Assembly (NCBI GenBank): GCA_934098565.1
Contig: CAKOON010000005.1
Coordinates: forward strand, 32,066-96,065
Direction: 5' to 3'
Source of the DNA: an uncultured Bacilli bacterium
GTDB lineage: Bacteria; Bacillota_I; Bacilli_A; RF39; UBA660
Length of the DNA stretch: 64,000 nucleotides
The notes beneath the pieces are model-generated. The model had not been told where the DNA came from, ran no database searches, and worked only from the letters and a program-made list of their open reading frames with translations. This document shows positions 47,724 to 56,433 of this stretch, piece by piece. The translations under genes and the position numbers were made by a program. How positions within the stretch are numbered: the first letter of the stretch is position 1; each line of letters begins with the position of its first letter.

Positions 47724-48398
47724 ATGAAAAAAATAGTAACAGAAAAAGAAAAAGGAAATTTAATTGTCTTAAGTGGACCATCTGGAGCAGGAAAAGATAG
47801 TATTATTAGAGAACTTAAGAATTACTATCATAATTTCTGGGTGTCAGTTTCAATGACTAGCCGTGCACCCCGTGGAGAAGAAGTTGATGGAATTGATTAT
47901 TTCTTCGTTAGTAAGGAAGAGTTTGAAAGTCATATTAAAAGAAATGATTTTTTAGAATATGCTATGTATAATGGTAACTATTATGGGACACCAAAATCAA
48001 AAATTAATGATTTTTTAATTCAAGGGAAAGATGTTATTTTAGAAATAGAAATTCAGGGAGCTTTAAAAATCAAAGAAGAATTTCCGGAAGCAATTTTTAT
48101 CTTTATCATGCCCCCTTCTATGAGAGAATTAGTAAATAGATTAAAGAAAAGAAATACGGAAAATATTGATAAAATTATAGAACGTTTTAAGAAAGCTTAT
48201 CAAGAAATTAACTACTATAATAATTACAACTATGTTGTAATTAATGATGATTTAGAAGAAGCGGTGAAGAAAGTTTGGGCAATTTTACTTTCGGAACGCT
48301 TACGAGTATCAAGAATTGAAAATGTTTATGTTGGTAATATGGAAGAAGAACTTCATGAAGCCTTAAGAGATGACATGACTTTTGATAATTCCAAGTAG
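47724..48398 (+). CDS. gmk: Guanylate kinase
   Basis: LIVLSGPSGAGKDSI is the P-loop, and SMTSRAPRGEEVDGIDYFFVS and EIEIQGA are present. Confidence 0.9.
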   Translation: MKKIVTEKEKGNLIVLSGPSGAGKDSIIRELKNYYHNFWVSVSMTSRAPRGEEVDGIDYFFVSKEEFESHIKRNDFLEYAMYNGNYYGTPKSKINDFLIQGKDVILEIEIQGALKIKEEFPEAIFIFIMPPSMRELVNRLKKRNTENIDKIIERFKKAYQEINYYNNYNYVVINDDLEEAVKKVWAILLSERLRVSRIENVYVGNMEEELHEALRDDMTFDNSK

Positions 48399-48403
48399 GC
48401 TTT

Positions 48404-49168
48404 ATGGAACTTGCAGACTATTATAATAAATTTAATGAGGATAAAAGGCTTTTAAGGCGACATGGGTTAGTTGAGTATTATACAACTATTAAGTATTTAG
48501 ATGAGGTTTTAAGTTGGTATCCGGAGCCAAAAATCTTAGATATCGGAGCCGGAACTGGTAGATATAGTATCTACCTTCATAATAAGGGATACAATGTTTC
48601 AGCAGTGGAATTGGTAAAACAGAACTTGAATGTTATTAAAAGGAAAGCACCTAATCTTAAAAGTTATCTTGGTAATGCTCTAGATTTAAGCTTCTTGGGT
48701 GAACAAAAATATGATGTAATTTTGTTGTTTGGTCCGATATATCATTTATTTGGGGAAGATAAAATTAAAGCAATTAAGGAGGCTTTAAAGTATCTAAATA
48801 AAGATGGTGTTTTAATGATTGTATATTGTCTTAATGATTTTGCTATTCTTAAACATGGTTTTATTGATGGAAATATTATTGTGGAAAAGCAAAATATAAC
48901 TGAAGATTATTTAATTAAAGACAATAAAGATATTTTATATAGTTTTGATACTTTAGAGACAATAGATAAAATTAATGAAAAATGTCATTTAAAGCGCCTT
49001 AAAATTATTAGTCAAGAAGGTATGAGTGAATATATCAGACCAGTCCTTAATAAAATGAGTGAAGAAGAATTTACAAAGTATTTAGACTTTCACTTGCAAA
49101 GGTGTGAAAAATTGGAGTATCTTGGTCTTTCTAGACATGCTTTAGACATAATAAAAAGAATTGAGTAA
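48404..49168 (+). CDS. Class I SAM-dependent methyltransferase
   Basis: ILDIGAGTGRYSIYL is motif I, and DVILLFGPIYHL is also present. 254 aa. Confidence 0.75.
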   Translation: MELADYYNKFNEDKRLLRRHGLVEYYTTIKYLDEVLSWYPEPKILDIGAGTGRYSIYLHNKGYNVSAVELVKQNLNVIKRKAPNLKSYLGNALDLSFLGEQKYDVILLFGPIYHLFGEDKIKAIKEALKYLNKDGVLMIVYCLNDFAILKHGFIDGNIIVEKQNITEDYLIKDNKDILYSFDTLETIDKINEKCHLKRLKIISQEGMSEYIRPVLNKMSEEEFTKYLDFHLQRCEKLEYLGLSRHALDIIKRIE

Positions 49169-49190
49169 TGAGTATTCAATTCTTTTTTTG
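49155..49190. terminator. Bidirectional terminator between the methyltransferase gene and proS
   Basis: AAAGAATTGA (49155-49164) pairs with TCAATTCTTT (49176-49185), with flanking A and T runs. Confidence 0.7.
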
Positions 49191-49196
49191 GATGTT

Positions 49197-50612
49197 CTAA
49201 TATTGTTTAGCAAAGTAGATATCATACTTAGATTTTTTACCACAAACTGGACATATACTAGTCTCATTATCTCCAATAATACATCTCGATTTTAAACCGG
49301 TATCAGCCTTAATTTTTTCTTCACAGTCCATATTACCACACCAAGTAATTTTGATAAAGCCATTTTTATTTTGAGCAATATCTTTAAATTCATCATAAGT
49401 ACTGGCCTCATAAATCATACTATCACGACGTTTTAAGGCTCTTTCATACATTTCTTTTTGCATGATATCCATTGTATCTTTAATAATGCCGACTATTCCT
49501 TCTAAATCATCAACCTTAATTTTTTCTAAAGTATCTCTTCTAACAATGGTAGTAAAGCCATTTTCTAAGTCTCTTTTACCTAATTCTAAACGAATTGGAT
49601 AACCTTTAACTTCGGCCTCGGCAAATTTAAATCCTGGAGTTTTATCGCTATTATCAACTTTGTAAGTGATTCCAGCATTTTCTAATCCTTGGATAATTTC
49701 TTTTAATTTTTCGGAAACATCCCCAATAGGAATAATTATTACTTTAGTTGGAGCAATTCTTGGTGGTAATACTAAACCGTTATTATCACTATGCGTCATA
49801 ATTAAACCACCAATCATTCTAGTAGTTACACCCCACGAAGTTTGATAAGGAGTTTTTAGGGTATTATCTTTATCTAAGAATTTAATATCAAAGGCTTTAG
49901 CAAAATGTTGACCAAAGTAATGACTAGTGCCATTTTGTAAGGCTACCCCGTCCCACATCATGGCCTCAATGGTATAAGTATCTTCAGCTCCCGCAAATTT
50001 TTCTTTTTCGGTTTTCTTACCAACAATAACAGGCATTGCTAAATAATACTTCTGAAAATCTTCATAAACTTTCAACATTTGCAAAGTTTCATTTTTAGCC
50101 TCTTCGGCTGTTGTATGTAGGGTATGTCCTTCTTGCCATAAAATTTCTCTACTACGCAAGAAAGGTCTGGTTGTTTTTTCCCACCTTACAATAGTACACC
50201 ACTGATTATAAAGAATAGGTAAATCACGATAAGAATTAACAATCTTTTTAAAATGATCACAAAATAAGGTCTCACTAGTAGGACGAATACACATTCTTTC
50301 TTCTAACTTATTCTCGCCACCATAAGTTACCCAAGCCACTTCCGGAGCAAAACCTTCAACATGCTCTTTTTCAATATTAAGTAAACTTTCAGGGATAAGC
50401 ATAGGCATCTGTACATTTTGATGTCCTAATCTTTTGAATTCTTTATCTAAAATACTTACCATATTTTCCCAAATAGCATAACCATAAGGTCTAATAATCA
50501 TACTCCCTTTATTCTTTGAATAATCAACTAAATCAGCCTTTTTACATACATCAGTATACCACTGGGCGAAATTGACTTCTCTATCTGTTATATCTTTTAC
50601 TATATTTGCCAT
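49197..50612 (-). CDS. proS: Prolyl-tRNA synthetase, archaeal/eukaryote-like type
   Basis: 471 aa. It has FAQWYTDVCKKADLVDY, class II motifs, and the C-terminal zinc module CGNMDCEEKIK...CPVCGKK. Confidence 0.9.
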   Translation of the reverse strand: MANIVKDITDREVNFAQWYTDVCKKADLVDYSKNKGSMIIRPYGYAIWENMVSILDKEFKRLGHQNVQMPMLIPESLLNIEKEHVEGFAPEVAWVTYGGENKLEERMCIRPTSETLFCDHFKKIVNSYRDLPILYNQWCTIVRWEKTTRPFLRSREILWQEGHTLHTTAEEAKNETLQMLKVYEDFQKYYLAMPVIVGKKTEKEKFAGAEDTYTIEAMMWDGVALQNGTSHYFGQHFAKAFDIKFLDKDNTLKTPYQTSWGVTTRMIGGLIMTHSDNNGLVLPPRIAPTKVIIIPIGDVSEKLKEIIQGLENAGITYKVDNSDKTPGFKFAEAEVKGYPIRLELGKRDLENGFTTIVRRDTLEKIKVDDLEGIVGIIKDTMDIMQKEMYERALKRRDSMIYEASTYDEFKDIAQNKNGFIKITWCGNMDCEEKIKADTGLKSRCIIGDNETSICPVCGKKSKYDIYFAKQY

Positions 50613-50748
50613 ATAATCACTCTTTTCCTTATTTTTTAGTATAGCATATCCATAACGACCATACTATATTTAATCTTTTATTTGTATCAAAAACATATTT
50701 AATTTCTTATATTTAATACCATTGCCAACTCTAAATTTTCTATCATTT

Positions 50749-50817
50749 CCGATTCATTTAGATAATTTGTGGTATTTTATTTAGGTTTTTTGTGGCATTT
50801 TGTTTAGGTAATTTGTG
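50749..50817. repeat. Three tandem 23-bp direct repeats in the valS-proS intergenic region
   Basis: Read on the minus strand: CACAAATTACCTAAACAAAATGC / CACAAAAAACCTAAATAAAATAC / CACAAATTATCTAAATGAATCGG, at 50817-50795, 50794-50772 and 50771-50749. Confidence 0.8.
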
Positions 50818-50841
50818 ATAGTCTTTAATTCTAGCCGGAAA

Positions 50842-53382
50842 TTAACCTAAGTTTTCTATTTCTTTTAAAATATTATTTAACATATCCGTTTCTTTTTGCA
50901 AATCAAGTCTTTCTTTTTCTACTATATTACTAGGAGCCTTCTTAACATAGTTTTCATTACTTAAAAGATTATTTCTTCTCTTAATACTTGCTTCTAGAGT
51001 TTCTTTTTTCTTTGTAAGTTCTTTTAAGACTTCTTCTTTATCTATATTATTATCATAACAAATATAAACAGTAATATCATTAATACTTACTAAAATTTTT
51101 GTATTTTTCCTACTATTTGTAACTATCTTATCATCTAATTTTAACATTTTAACGGCTAAATCATCTAAAGAAGCAGTTTCTACTTCAAAATCTTTACCAA
51201 TATTATTTTCTAGCTTTTTATTTCTAAATAAAGTAATAAATTCTAGTATTTTATCTACTTCTTTAGTATCATCAGTAAAAATATATTCTTTTTCATACTT
51301 AGGATAATTTGCTATCATAATAGAATCACTATCTTTAAATGGTAAATTTTGATAAATTTCTTCAGTTACAAAAGGCATAAATGGATGCATAATCTTAATT
51401 ATTCCTTCTAAAACTTTATATAAAACGCTCTTAGTAGTTATATCACTACTACTAAATTTAGCCATTTCTATATAATTAGAGCAGAAATCATCCCAAATAA
51501 AGTTATAAATTTCACTACCTACCAAGTTAAACTCATATTTATCCATATGTTTAATCGTACTATCAAGAACAGTTTCAAACTTTGTTAAAATCCATTTATC
51601 CTCTTTTTTGAGATTACTAAAATCTAGGGCTTTTAAATCACTAATATTCATTAAAACAAAACGAGAAGCATTCCACATTTTATTAATAAAATTCCAAGTA
51701 GCTTTTAATTTTTCTTCATCGAAACGAAGGTCGGTTCCAAAGGCACAATCAGTTACTAGGTAATATCTTAGACTATCGGCACCATAAATTTTAATCATAT
51801 CCATAGGGTCAATACCATTACCTAAAGATTTACTCATCTTTCGCCCTTCTTTGTCTCTAACAAGACCGTGAATAATAACGTCTTTAAAAGGGCGAACTCC
51901 ATTAAGCTCAAGCGACTGGAAAGTCATTCGATTAACCCAGAAAGGAATAATATCGTAACCAGTAACCAAACAATCGGTTGGAAAATATCTTTTTAAATCA
52001 GCAGTTTGGTCGGGATAACCGAGAGTTGAGAAAGGCCATAGAGCTGAGGAAAACCAAGTGTCTAAGACATCATCATCTTGAACCCAACCTTCGCCAACTG
52101 GTGCAGTCTCACCAACATAAACTTCTTCACCACGATACCAAGCGGGAATTCGATGTCCCCACCATAATTGACGAGAAATACACCAATCGTAAGTGATTTC
52201 CATCCAGTGATTCATAATTTTCTCGAAACGAGGAGGAATAAAGTTAACTTTAGTATCAGAATTCTTTTGATTTTCTAAAACTTTATCCGCTAAGGGACGC
52301 ATTTTAACAAACCATTGTTTAGAAAGATATGGTTCAACAACAGCATCGGTTCTTTCGGAATGGCCAACGTTATGGATAATATCTTCAACACTGATTAAGA
52401 GATTAGCTTCTTTTAAATCAGCAACTAGCTTTTCACGACAAGTCTCTCTCGATAAGCCTTGATATTTACCACAGACTTCATTCATCGTAGCATCTTTATT
52501 CATACAGATAATTCTTGGCAAATCATGTCTTAGACCAACTTCATAGTCGTTAGGATCATGAGCCGGAGTAATCTTAACCACCCCCGTTCCAAACTCAGGA
52601 TCGGCGTGATTATCAAATACTACAGGGACAACTCGATTAACTACGGGAACAATGACTTTTTTACCTTTTAAGTCTTGATATCTTTCATCATTTGGATTTA
52701 CGGCAACAGCAGTATCCCCAAATAAGGTTTCGGGACGAGTCGTTGCCACTTCTAAGTAACGATCCTCTCCCTCAACGTAATATTTTAAGTGATAGAAAGC
52801 ACCTTTATCTTCTTTGTAAATAACTTCTTCGCTAGATAAAGCTGTCATGGCCACTGGGTCCCAGTTAATAATTCTTTCACCGCGATAAATTAAACCTTTT
52901 TTATAGTAATCCACAAAAGTCTTAATGACAGCTTTATTTAACCCTTCATCTAAAGTAAATCTTTCTTTACTATAATCAACTGATAAACCTAGCTTAGCCC
53001 ATTGACTACGGATATTGCCACCAAATTCGTGGGTCCAATCCCAACAAGCGTCCAAGAACTTATCGCGGCCAATGCCTCTTTTATCTAAGCCTTGTTCTTT
53101 TAATCTCTTAACAACTTTAGCTTCGGTTGCAATTGCGGCATGATCCATACCAGGTAACCATAAGCAATCATAGCCTTGTAATCTTTTATATCTAATAATT
53201 ACATCTTGAATAGTTGTATCATAAGCATGACCTATATGTAATTTACCTGTTACATTTGGAGGTGGTATTACTATACAATAAGGTAACTTATCCGTATTAC
53301 CACTCTTAAAATAACCTTTATCTACCCAATTATCATACTTTTTATCTTCCACTTCCAAATGATTATACTTTGTCTCTAACAT
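50842..53382 (-). CDS. valS: Valyl-tRNA synthetase
   Basis: PPPNVTGKLHIGHA is the HIGH motif and RKMSKSLGN is the KMSKS motif. 846 aa, with a C-terminal coiled coil. Confidence 0.97.
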   Translation of the reverse strand: MLETKYNHLEVEDKKYDNWVDKGYFKSGNTDKLPYCIVIPPPNVTGKLHIGHAYDTTIQDVIIRYKRLQGYDCLWLPGMDHAAIATEAKVVKRLKEQGLDKRGIGRDKFLDACWDWTHEFGGNIRSQWAKLGLSVDYSKERFTLDEGLNKAVIKTFVDYYKKGLIYRGERIINWDPVAMTALSSEEVIYKEDKGAFYHLKYYVEGEDRYLEVATTRPETLFGDTAVAVNPNDERYQDLKGKKVIVPVVNRVVPVVFDNHADPEFGTGVVKITPAHDPNDYEVGLRHDLPRIICMNKDATMNEVCGKYQGLSRETCREKLVADLKEANLLISVEDIIHNVGHSERTDAVVEPYLSKQWFVKMRPLADKVLENQKNSDTKVNFIPPRFEKIMNHWMEITYDWCISRQLWWGHRIPAWYRGEEVYVGETAPVGEGWVQDDDVLDTWFSSALWPFSTLGYPDQTADLKRYFPTDCLVTGYDIIPFWVNRMTFQSLELNGVRPFKDVIIHGLVRDKEGRKMSKSLGNGIDPMDMIKIYGADSLRYYLVTDCAFGTDLRFDEEKLKATWNFINKMWNASRFVLMNISDLKALDFSNLKKEDKWILTKFETVLDSTIKHMDKYEFNLVGSEIYNFIWDDFCSNYIEMAKFSSSDITTKSVLYKVLEGIIKIMHPFMPFVTEEIYQNLPFKDSDSIMIANYPKYEKEYIFTDDTKEVDKILEFITLFRNKKLENNIGKDFEVETASLDDLAVKMLKLDDKIVTNSRKNTKILVSINDITVYICYDNNIDKEEVLKELTKKKETLEASIKRRNNLLSNENYVKKAPSNIVEKERLDLQKETDMLNNILKEIENLG

Positions 53383-53404
53383 ATCTATACCTCATTTCTA
53401 CTTC

Positions 53405-53612
53405 TAAAAACAAAAAAGCCATAAATATAAGGACGAATTATCGCGGTACCACCTTATTTTATGACTAATCATACTCTTAATCTTCTTAACGCGAAGTAAC
53501 GTTTTATACTCCAAAGCAACCTTCTTACCAAGTACTACTTGTTTGCACCAATCACAAGTTCTCTATAAAGTACTAATGGTAATACTCCTCTTCTTCTACA
53601 TATCTAAGTGAT
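53405..53612 (-). promoter_or_regulatory. T-box riboswitch leader of valS
   Basis: Read on the minus strand, it has a TATAAT -10 element (53618-53613) and Stem I elements AGAGA and UUGGUGCAAAC. AGUAGUAC contains a GUA (Val) specifier candidate. The T-box sequence AAGGUGGUACCGCG lies at 53455-53442. The terminator is AGUCAUAAAAUAAGG / CCUUAUAUUUAUGGCU followed by U6. Confidence 0.85.
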
Positions 53613-53628
53613 ATTATAAAGGCTTCTT

Positions 53629-54843
53629 TTACTTTTGTCCACCAAAAATTTTAGCCAGTTTACGAACAAATCCAGATTTTGGTTCATTTTCCTTCTTTTG
53701 GTAGTTCGTTTCTTCAATGCTTCTTTCCACAATACCGAAGCGTTCTAGTAAAATAACTACTTTTTTATTGAAACTATGACCAAACGGACTAAAATCAATA
53801 TCGATAGCGTCCAAATTATTTAAATAGTCCAAAATATCTTGACTCTTTAAATTAGGATTAGCTTGGGCATAGACGCAGGCATTAGCAAAACGCCCTAATT
53901 TTTCAATAGTATCAAAATTTTCTTCTCTCAAAACAATGGCAATTGGCGCTATTTTATCGGCTTTAAAACCGATGATAGCTCCTTTTTCGGCTTTTTCTTT
54001 AATGTTTTTAAGAACAGTTTTTAGCTCATCTGATGATACCTTATCATCTTTAGATAAAACTGTAAAAGCATACTTATTATCTAAATAGCAACCGCTAGTT
54101 TCCCCAACGCTTTGTAAGATAGCAATAGCGTTCATCGTATTTTCTTCACTAATTGACGCCTTAGGGTCATATTGACAACCATAGAAACTATAATAGCTTC
54201 TTAAAACTTCCTTTTCAGCTGGGGTTAAAACAACATAAACTTGACTATCATTTTTATTGGTAGAAATCAGACCATAACCGCCAAGCAAAGAGACGATATA
54301 ATCAGTTAAGTAGATATTTCTATCACCTTTAATAGCATACTCTTCTCTATAAGTTTCTTTTTCTATAAATGTTTTTACTTCATCGACTGAATTATGTCCT
54401 TGACTGATGAAAAGGCAAACACGAGCCATTAGATTAAAATCATTATAAGGCGCAATCCCTTGATCAACTGATAAATCAATATCTGGACTAGTACTAGCTA
54501 TAGCAACTGGTAAATAACCATCGATTTTAGTATTTTTATAGAATACTTCGACTTCGCTAGATTTTTTAGCAAACAAAGCTATTTTATCTGATACTGTTTT
54601 AGAAAAGACTTTGCCGCCTTTTCGTACCTTTTCGCCGGGACTTACTTCAACTTCTTTACTATCTATAACCTCAAAATCATTAACGGGCATTACTTTGCCG
54701 CCAAAGTTTTCTGGAATAGTTTGTAAAACGCAATACATATTTTGAAAACTATCATACAAATTTGTATTTAAACAATTAAATTGAACTCCATAAAACTTCT
54801 TATATAAAGTTAACAAACTTTTTTCTTCTTCTGTTAATATCAT
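53629..54843 (-). CDS. Hypothetical protein with an internal two-fold duplication
   Basis: 404 aa. The two halves begin LTEEEKSLLTLYKKFYGVQFN... and LTPAEKEVLRSYYSFYGCQYD..., and end ...IVSLLGGYGLIS and ...VVILLERFGIVERS. Confidence 0.55.
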   Translation of the reverse strand: MILTEEEKSLLTLYKKFYGVQFNCLNTNLYDSFQNMYCVLQTIPENFGGKVMPVNDFEVIDSKEVEVSPGEKVRKGGKVFSKTVSDKIALFAKKSSEVEVFYKNTKIDGYLPVAIASTSPDIDLSVDQGIAPYNDFNLMARVCLFISQGHNSVDEVKTFIEKETYREEYAIKGDRNIYLTDYIVSLLGGYGLISTNKNDSQVYVVLTPAEKEVLRSYYSFYGCQYDPKASISEENTMNAIAILQSVGETSGCYLDNKYAFTVLSKDDKVSSDELKTVLKNIKEKAEKGAIIGFKADKIAPIAIVLREENFDTIEKLGRFANACVYAQANPNLKSQDILDYLNNLDAIDIDFSPFGHSFNKKVVILLERFGIVERSIEETNYQKKENEPKSGFVRKLAKIFGGQK

Positions 54844-55105
54844 AAATATTCCTCCTGTATAAATTATATTAGCACAAATTAATTAACAACACACATATTT
54901 TTGCGAATTTTTACACTTTTTTTGATGCTAAAGGAATTTTGCTAGTATCGACGTCACATTTTACAGTTTCATAACGATCTAAAACACCTTTTATAATCTT
55001 TCATATCTTGTTTCTTATAGCAAATACTAATGTAAATTCTACCCATAGTTTTACTAATAATTTCTTATTAGACTGACTTTTGCAAAAATAATAATTTTGA
55101 TGATT

Positions 55106-56236
55106 CTATATTTCATTTTTAATTTTTCTTTCCCGTGTTTGGTCTTCTTCTAAAACCGGGCCATACATTTTTTCATAGACAATATTAATTTCATTTTGCA
55201 TAAATTCATCTAAATCTTCATCAGTATAACCATAGCCTTGATAAATTTTACTACCACATTCAATATCGATACCGCTAACCACGTATAAGTACGTGAAAAT
55301 GCCACCTAAACTAAGCCAATAATATTCTTCTTGATGAGCTAAAATATATTGCCATTTTTGCAAATACTTAGTTCCTAAGGAAGAAATTCTGGCGGTTAAA
55401 AGAGCAGTTACCACATCAGGAGTAGCAAAGCCAATACGATAAATCATTTGTCTTAACATACTATAAATAGCCGCATTATCATAGCCATCTCGAACTAATA
55501 GCTTTCTTAGAATACGAGGGTCACAGACCTTTTGGGAACCACTTTGAAAATATTCTTTAACTTCGGTTGGTTCGGTATAAGTAGGAGTTGGATTAGAAAC
55601 ATATTCTTTTTTAAGTGGCTGTTTTTCCACATAAAGATGATACATACTTTTAAAGTTATCAAGACTTGCCGACATAGTATTAATTTGGGATTCAATAATT
55701 GCTTTTTCGACTCTCTTACCATTAAGAAATTCTAAATAGTCATGGCCATTATTTAAATATTTTTGATAATTAGTCATAAATAAATCTTTAGCTCCTTCTT
55801 TAAGTAGAAAGCCATCAAAGCAAGAAGCTAGAATCTTTTCTATCCCTATATTATAGGAATTAGGAGTCCCAAGACGGGCATTATTTTCGATAACCTTAAC
55901 AACAATCATCATAAAGTAAATATTATTAGTTCCAATGAAGGCCACTATGGCATCAAAATTAGGAATGTATTCTTGATATTGATCCCTTTCAATACTAGTT
56001 ATTAAAAGATTTATTGACTTCTTTAATCCCGCTATAGCAGTTAACTTAGAACCGAAAAATTTATATTTTTCTTCAAATGGAGTCACATTAGTAACGGCTT
56101 TAGTACTTAAAAATGTGTAACTGACTTCATCAAGTTTTTTAGTTAAAATACTTTCTAAGTTTTCTAAATTTAATTTAATACTTTTTAATAAGTCAATTAG
56201 TCCTCTTAAAGTTGTTTTAGGAATTTTATAATTCAT
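55106..56236 (-). CDS. Hypothetical protein
   Basis: 376 aa. I recognised no motif. It has two moderately hydrophobic segments. Confidence 0.5.
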   Translation of the reverse strand: MNYKIPKTTLRGLIDLLKSIKLNLENLESILTKKLDEVSYTFLSTKAVTNVTPFEEKYKFFGSKLTAIAGLKKSINLLITSIERDQYQEYIPNFDAIVAFIGTNNIYFMMIVVKVIENNARLGTPNSYNIGIEKILASCFDGFLLKEGAKDLFMTNYQKYLNNGHDYLEFLNGKRVEKAIIESQINTMSASLDNFKSMYHLYVEKQPLKKEYVSNPTPTYTEPTEVKEYFQSGSQKVCDPRILRKLLVRDGYDNAAIYSMLRQMIYRIGFATPDVVTALLTARISSLGTKYLQKWQYILAHQEEYYWLSLGGIFTYLYVVSGIDIECGSKIYQGYGYTDEDLDEFMQNEINIVYEKMYGPVLEEDQTRERKIKNEI

Positions 56237-56433
56237 TTAAATCATCCTCTCATAATAAATCAAGTATTTTTTATACAAGACTCTCCTAGTTATTAGTATT
56301 CAAAAGAACACTAACAGCAAACAAATTTAGGAATTACTATTCTAGCAGATTCATGTAATTTGTCAATAATTTAATTGTAAGAATTAAGATTTTATAGTAT
56401 AATTTTAGTAGTTAGAATAAAGGATTGGTAAGA

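Noticed and set aside
50749-50817. The 23-bp repeats as DnaA boxes or an origin.
   Set aside because: TGTGGTATT and TGTGGCATT match only about 6 of 9 positions of the TGTGGATAA consensus. There is no dnaA/dnaN context and no AT-rich unwinding element pattern specific enough.
50613-50841. I looked for a T-box or other leader upstream of proS.
   Set aside because: There is no GGTGGTACCGCG-like T-box sequence or antiterminator. The distance from promoter to ATG appears short. Only the 23-bp repeats stand out, and those are reported separately.
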